Shown here: positions 60,394 through 64,000 of the stretch, one piece after another
Layout: each line of letters opens with the position of its first letter
How positions within the stretch are numbered: the first letter of the stretch is position 1
Source: Patescibacteria group bacterium UBA6017
GTDB taxonomy: Bacteria > Patescibacteriota > Saccharimonadia > UBA4664
Direction of reading: 5' to 3'
Assembly: GCA_002429485.1 (NCBI GenBank)
Contig: DIZX01000015.1
Span: 325,488-389,487 of the forward strand
DNA length: 64,000 nt
Notes under the pieces: model-generated
What the model saw: the letters and a program-made list of their open reading frames with translations, nothing else
Told to the model about the DNA's origin: nothing
The model's database searches: none
Translations under genes and position numbers: made by a program

Positions 60394-61442
60394 AGCTTAC
60401 CCTCCATGCGGGCAAGCCCGATAGCGGTGGTATACATCGGAGCATCGTACTTGGACACCTTCTCGATGTGTTTCAGGTCGAGCCCCGCCCATGGATCGGC
60501 CAGCACCACCGGCAAGTTGATTTGAGCCGCCATGTACTCCAGGAAACCCGGCATGCTGGCACTGCCCCCGCCCACGATGATTGCCTCAATTTTGCGCTTC
60601 TGAACTCCACGGTCTTGATAAAACTTTATTACCCGGCGCATTTCGGCGCACATTTTATTGAGCGGACCGCCCAACGAGTCCATTACCTTTGGCTGCAGCC
60701 CAGACGGTCCCAGGCCAAACTTGTACTTAATCTCGTTGGCCTGCTCGAAGCCCACTCCCAGATCTTTCACGAGTTGTTTGGTGAGGCTGTCGCCGCCCAT
60801 CGCGATGGTATCGGTGAGGCGGATTACCTTATCGTGCACACTCAGATCGATCGAAGTGGAACCGATATCGGCAACTAGGGTGGTTTTGTTGAGTTGAGTC
60901 GAGGCCACAATCGCGCGCGTGGCGGCTGCCATGCTGGAATCAATCATCGCTACTTCCAGGCCCAGCATATCGAAGAGTTTAATATAACTGTCGGCAATAG
61001 CCCGCGGCGCCGCCACCATCAATACTTCATTTCGTTCGGGGCCAGTTTCGATAATTTCGTAATCGATATATAGGTCCGGCAGCGGCACCGGTATGTATTG
61101 CTCAGCTTCCAGACGGACTGCTTGACCCAGATCGGCCGGGTTCATCGGTGGCAGCTCGAGCACGCGGGTAAACACCTTCGCCACCGGCAGTGCTGCAGCT
61201 ACCCGCTTGGCGGTGATCTCGCCAAAACTCATCTTCTTCATCAGCGGCTTCAGGGCTTTCACAATCTCTTGGGGGTCTACGATAATTCCCTCCACGATGG
61301 CATCATCCGGGAACATGGCGTAGCCGTAGCCGAGGACCTCCATGTTCTTGCCATTAGGCCGCAACTGGATCATTTTGGCCGTGCGGGTACCCAGGTCAAA
61401 CCCAAATAGCGGCCGCTCTTTATATACCAGAGGTATCTTCAT
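60390..61442 (-). CDS. pilM: type IV pilus assembly ATPase-fold protein PilM
   Basis: Actin-like/FtsA-fold blocks (GFDLGTRTAKMIQL, DIGSTSIDLSV, IVGGGSASMPG). Confidence 0.85.
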   Translation of the reverse strand: MKIPLVYKERPLFGFDLGTRTAKMIQLRPNGKNMEVLGYGYAMFPDDAIVEGIIVDPQEIVKALKPLMKKMSFGEITAKRVAAALPVAKVFTRVLELPPMNPADLGQAVRLEAEQYIPVPLPDLYIDYEIIETGPERNEVLMVAAPRAIADSYIKLFDMLGLEVAMIDSSMAAATRAIVASTQLNKTTLVADIGSTSIDLSVHDKVIRLTDTIAMGGDSLTKQLVKDLGVGFEQANEIKYKFGLGPSGLQPKVMDSLGGPLNKMCAEMRRVIKFYQDRGVQKRKIEAIIVGGGSASMPGFLEYMAAQINLPVVLADPWAGLDLKHIEKVSKYDAPMYTTAIGLARMEGKL

Positions 61443-61494
61443 TATGCGTTATATAACCATAGCCATTATGCTCATTGTATCACCTCATCTGCGC

Positions 61495-62859
61495 TTACGG
61501 GTTATACAGTTGTTCTCGCCAGTTCAGCACCGCGAACGATCCGGTGGTGGGGTAGCAGGGGGGCGGACCATATGTGAGGTGGGTGTCGAAGGTATTTGTA
61601 TCTGTAGCGTAGCCGGAAGTTACCGTGCCAAAGCCATTCACCCAACTCCAGGTCCAGTAGTCATAACTGTCGATCGACCCGTAAAACGTTAGTTTAGTTT
61701 TTGCTCCGCCGTTGTTTGGGAACCAAACATGACCTTTCTGCGATAACATTGCGGCATCGATTTCTATGGTATTCGGTGCATACACCGCTACTCGTACATC
61801 ACTCTGCGCAATTAACCCGACTACCGCCGTGCCATCCTTTGCCGCGTACGTGAGGTTGCCGACAATCGTTATCGAAGTGTTGGTCGCGGGGTTGTCGGGC
61901 AGGCGCCCGCTCATTATATTGATTCTCCCCGGGAAGTTCGTGCCTTCCACCCAGACATTATCTTGGACGTATAGGATTCCGTTAGCCGGTGGAGCCAGAT
62001 TTGCGATCGGCGAACTAGTGGTGGTGGAGAACCCGCTCGAGGTCTCGTTTTTGATGAGATATTCGTCGATGGTGCCGTCAGCCTTGAGCTTCAGGTAGTA
62101 GCCCTGCTTGTTTGTCTGGGCTAAGTAAATTCCTCCGGACTGAGCCTGGGCGATGCACGAGTTATAGTCGGCGGTCACCTTGGTGAAGTCAATCGCCGGC
62201 ACCGGGAACTGCCACTGCGAGGTTGGTCCGCCCGTTCCCCATACCCCGTTATGTACCGCGCCGTCGCCGCCAAATCCCGGCGTCGGCTTGTAGCTCGCAC
62301 TAGCTGATGTTACCGGGCCATTATTTACGCCGTCGAAGTGCACGCCGACGTTCGAGTGCACGGCCCCGGTCGAACTCTCCCCAACCCCAAACCACACTTC
62401 GGTACCTGTGAGTAGGGCGTAATCGGCGAACGACGGCTGCCCAAGCTGTGCCAAGACGGTCCGCGTTCCGGAGAAGTGGGGGACTTGTCCGATCGATTTC
62501 ACGGTAATGATCGTGGAGCCGCTGACGGGCGGGGTAATGTAGAGCGTATACGTACCCAGAAGGTTGCCGTCAGAATCATAATAATTATGAGCATATGGTC
62601 CGTAGGGAGCGGTATTGGGCGTCGAGCCACCGTCTTTGTAGTCGCTTGAGTTGTGCGACATATGCCACAGGTAGTAGTTTATTCCGGCCTCGGCCACATT
62701 TAAGGCTTCGGCGCTCCTCGTCTCGTATTGCGAGAATCGGGCATTAGAAATGGTCAGCTGGGCGGCTATTATCGCCAGTGAAGACAGTATAAGGGCCATA
62801 ATTAGCACCGTTAGCATGATGAATCCAGGCTGCTGTTTCGAGTTCAATGTAGGTCTCAC
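61495..62859 (-). CDS. PilX-N-domain minor pilin-like protein (454 aa)
   Basis: N-terminal hydrophobic helix then SNARFSQYETRSAEALNVAEAGINYY, which has a PilX_N-like pattern. Large Gly/Thr-rich C-terminal domain. Confidence 0.55.
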   Translation of the reverse strand: MRPTLNSKQQPGFIMLTVLIMALILSSLAIIAAQLTISNARFSQYETRSAEALNVAEAGINYYLWHMSHNSSDYKDGGSTPNTAPYGPYAHNYYDSDGNLLGTYTLYITPPVSGSTIITVKSIGQVPHFSGTRTVLAQLGQPSFADYALLTGTEVWFGVGESSTGAVHSNVGVHFDGVNNGPVTSASASYKPTPGFGGDGAVHNGVWGTGGPTSQWQFPVPAIDFTKVTADYNSCIAQAQSGGIYLAQTNKQGYYLKLKADGTIDEYLIKNETSSGFSTTTSSPIANLAPPANGILYVQDNVWVEGTNFPGRINIMSGRLPDNPATNTSITIVGNLTYAAKDGTAVVGLIAQSDVRVAVYAPNTIEIDAAMLSQKGHVWFPNNGGAKTKLTFYGSIDSYDYWTWSWVNGFGTVTSGYATDTNTFDTHLTYGPPPCYPTTGSFAVLNWREQLYNP

Positions 62860-63446
62860 AAATTCGTCTTAAAGTTACGTAGCGTGACGCGCGTGCTTAC
62901 CGCAATCGGGACACTGAGCTGTTTAGTCCTGGGGTTTGCTGCCACGTATAATCCAATCGATTTCACCTGCCCCACAGTAAATCCGTTCGGCAATACATTG
63001 CCCGAGTCATCGTAGTAGGTGAAGAGGTTGTTTGCCCCCATCACCAGGTCTACCCGTGTCGTTGTAATCACTTCGTCGGCAGCGTTATAGGTATAGTTTG
63101 GTGCGGTCCCGCTCGGGGGCGTCACGCCAATGTTCAGGTTCGTTCCCGAGATAAAGTAGCGGATTTTCTTGACGGTAGCATCCTGTGGTGAAAAGTAACC
63201 GTATATCGTCAGCGTATTATTGCTTGCTATCAGCACACCCGTAGTGCCGCGGATGACCTTCCCCATTCTCGCAGATAGAGTTGATAGCTCGAGCGAGGTA
63301 TTGGACTGAGCCTGGAGGAATTCATACGATGACAGCCCTTTGTACGAGAATATGATCAATGGCACCGCCAGCATACTGGTAAGCGTTATCACTACCAACA
63401 GTTCGACCAAACTGTAGCCGGCCTGCCGGTTGCTACGGTGTGACAT
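62856..63446 (-). CDS. prepilin-type N-terminal cleavage/methylation-domain minor pilin
   Basis: QAGYSLVELLVVITL has the class III signal peptide G|YSLVE with E5. Start at MSHRSN; the track extends to 63479. Confidence 0.7.
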   Translation of the reverse strand: MSHRSNRQAGYSLVELLVVITLTSMLAVPLIIFSYKGLSSYEFLQAQSNTSLELSTLSARMGKVIRGTTGVLIASNNTLTIYGYFSPQDATVKKIRYFISGTNLNIGVTPPSGTAPNYTYNAADEVITTTRVDLVMGANNLFTYYDDSGNVLPNGFTVGQVKSIGLYVAANPRTKQLSVPIAVSTRVTLRNFKTNL

Positions 63447-64000
63447 TGAAGCCTCCCGTTTGCGTGGCCGTATTCCCACTGTTTGTGACCGACAAATCCC
63501 ATAGCCCGGTGGCCGCGCCAGTCAGATTTACGATGCAGGTTAGGGTCATAGCGGGGTTTGTGCCGGCGCCGTTGCAGCCCGTGGCATTAATGCTCGTTTG
63601 TCCGGCGAGACTAAGGGTGAGTGTGTTGCCGCCGCTGAAGTTGCTCCCGGTCACCGCCACGCTGGTTGAGGCCGTTCCGGTTTGAGCCGAGGCAGGGAAG
63701 ACGCTAACGATTCGCGGGTAACTGCTCGAATTTGATACGACCAGATTAGCCGTCAGTGATCCGTTCGGATTGAGCGCCACGGGTGAATATGGTGAGCTCG
63801 ACACTAGGTAGTAGCCGCTCGGCAGGGTGAAGCTGTAGGCGTCCCACTCCATTCCGGTCAGGGTAATATCGCCGGTCCCGTTGGTCGTGGAAGCTTGTGA
63901 ATATTTGAATACATCGGTGTTGGTCATTATTTTTTTTGCACCCGTAACGGTGACAGCAAAGCTCGATTTCGCCGCTCCGCTCGTATCTGTCACGTGAACG
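63433..64000 (-). CDS. pilus-associated surface protein, C-terminal part (5' end beyond the window)
   Basis: The open frame continues to the window edge. Thr/Ser/Gly/Asn-rich beta-type composition. Confidence 0.4.
   Translation of the reverse strand, partial: VHVTDTSGAAKSSFAVTVTGAKKIMTNTDVFKYSQASTTNGTGDITLTGMEWDAYSFTLPSGYYLVSSSPYSPVALNPNGSLTANLVVSNSSSYPRIVSVFPASAQTGTASTSVAVTGSNFSGGNTLTLSLAGQTSINATGCNGAGTNPAMTLTCIVNLTGAATGLWDLSVTNSGNTATQTGGFNVTP

Noticed and set aside
63433-64000. Calling the last ORF a PilY1-like adhesin.
   Set aside because: Only a C-terminal fragment is inside the window, and there is no diagnostic motif. It is left as a pilus-associated surface protein by context.

Overview
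The window is a dense, mostly housekeeping chromosomal segment of about 58% GC. The gene content looks monoderm (Gram-positive-type): CIRCE/HrcA heat-shock control, lmo0937-family small membrane proteins, and a PilMNO locus with prepilin-type minor pilins. The lineage is probably small-genome and divergent, possibly CPR/Saccharibacteria-like, but that is inference. Recognisable genes include a partial cfa, an OmpR-type two-component system followed by a MacB-like ABC transporter, and malic enzyme. An F1Fo ATP synthase operon runs b-delta-alpha-gamma-beta-epsilon and is preceded by an odd co-transcribed membrane protein. There is a zur/zupT divergon and four tRNAs, three of them CAU-anticodon tRNAs sitting just upstream of tilS. 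Further on are ftsH, murJ, ddl and a murF-like gene, lepA, bcp, and hrcA-grpE-dnaK-(NYN)-dnaJ with two perfect CIRCE operators. The window then carries comEC, yebC and ruvC, a glycogen/alpha-glucan gene block inserted between ruvC and ruvA-ruvB, and a type IV pilus operon (pilins-pilM-pilN-pilO) running off the window end. The most interesting signals are: (i) a three-copy family of a roughly 100-nt intergenic element whose closing stem covaries between copies, so it is probably a structured RNA; (ii) a 1.55-kb stretch at 33.4-34.96 kb with no credible coding gene, holding a candidate ncRNA that ends ...AAGCUCCACCA plus an intrinsic terminator, degenerate tandem repeats, and two paralogous arginine/proline-rich mini-ORFs; (iii) an ATP synthase operon with no a or c genes in the window, whose first gene encodes a secreted domain fused to a c-subunit-like hairpin lacking the proton-binding carboxylate; (iv) a tRNA-Met 3'-end duplication next to a high-GC monocistronic gene of unknown function. 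I had no tools, so every homology call rests on motifs read by eye.
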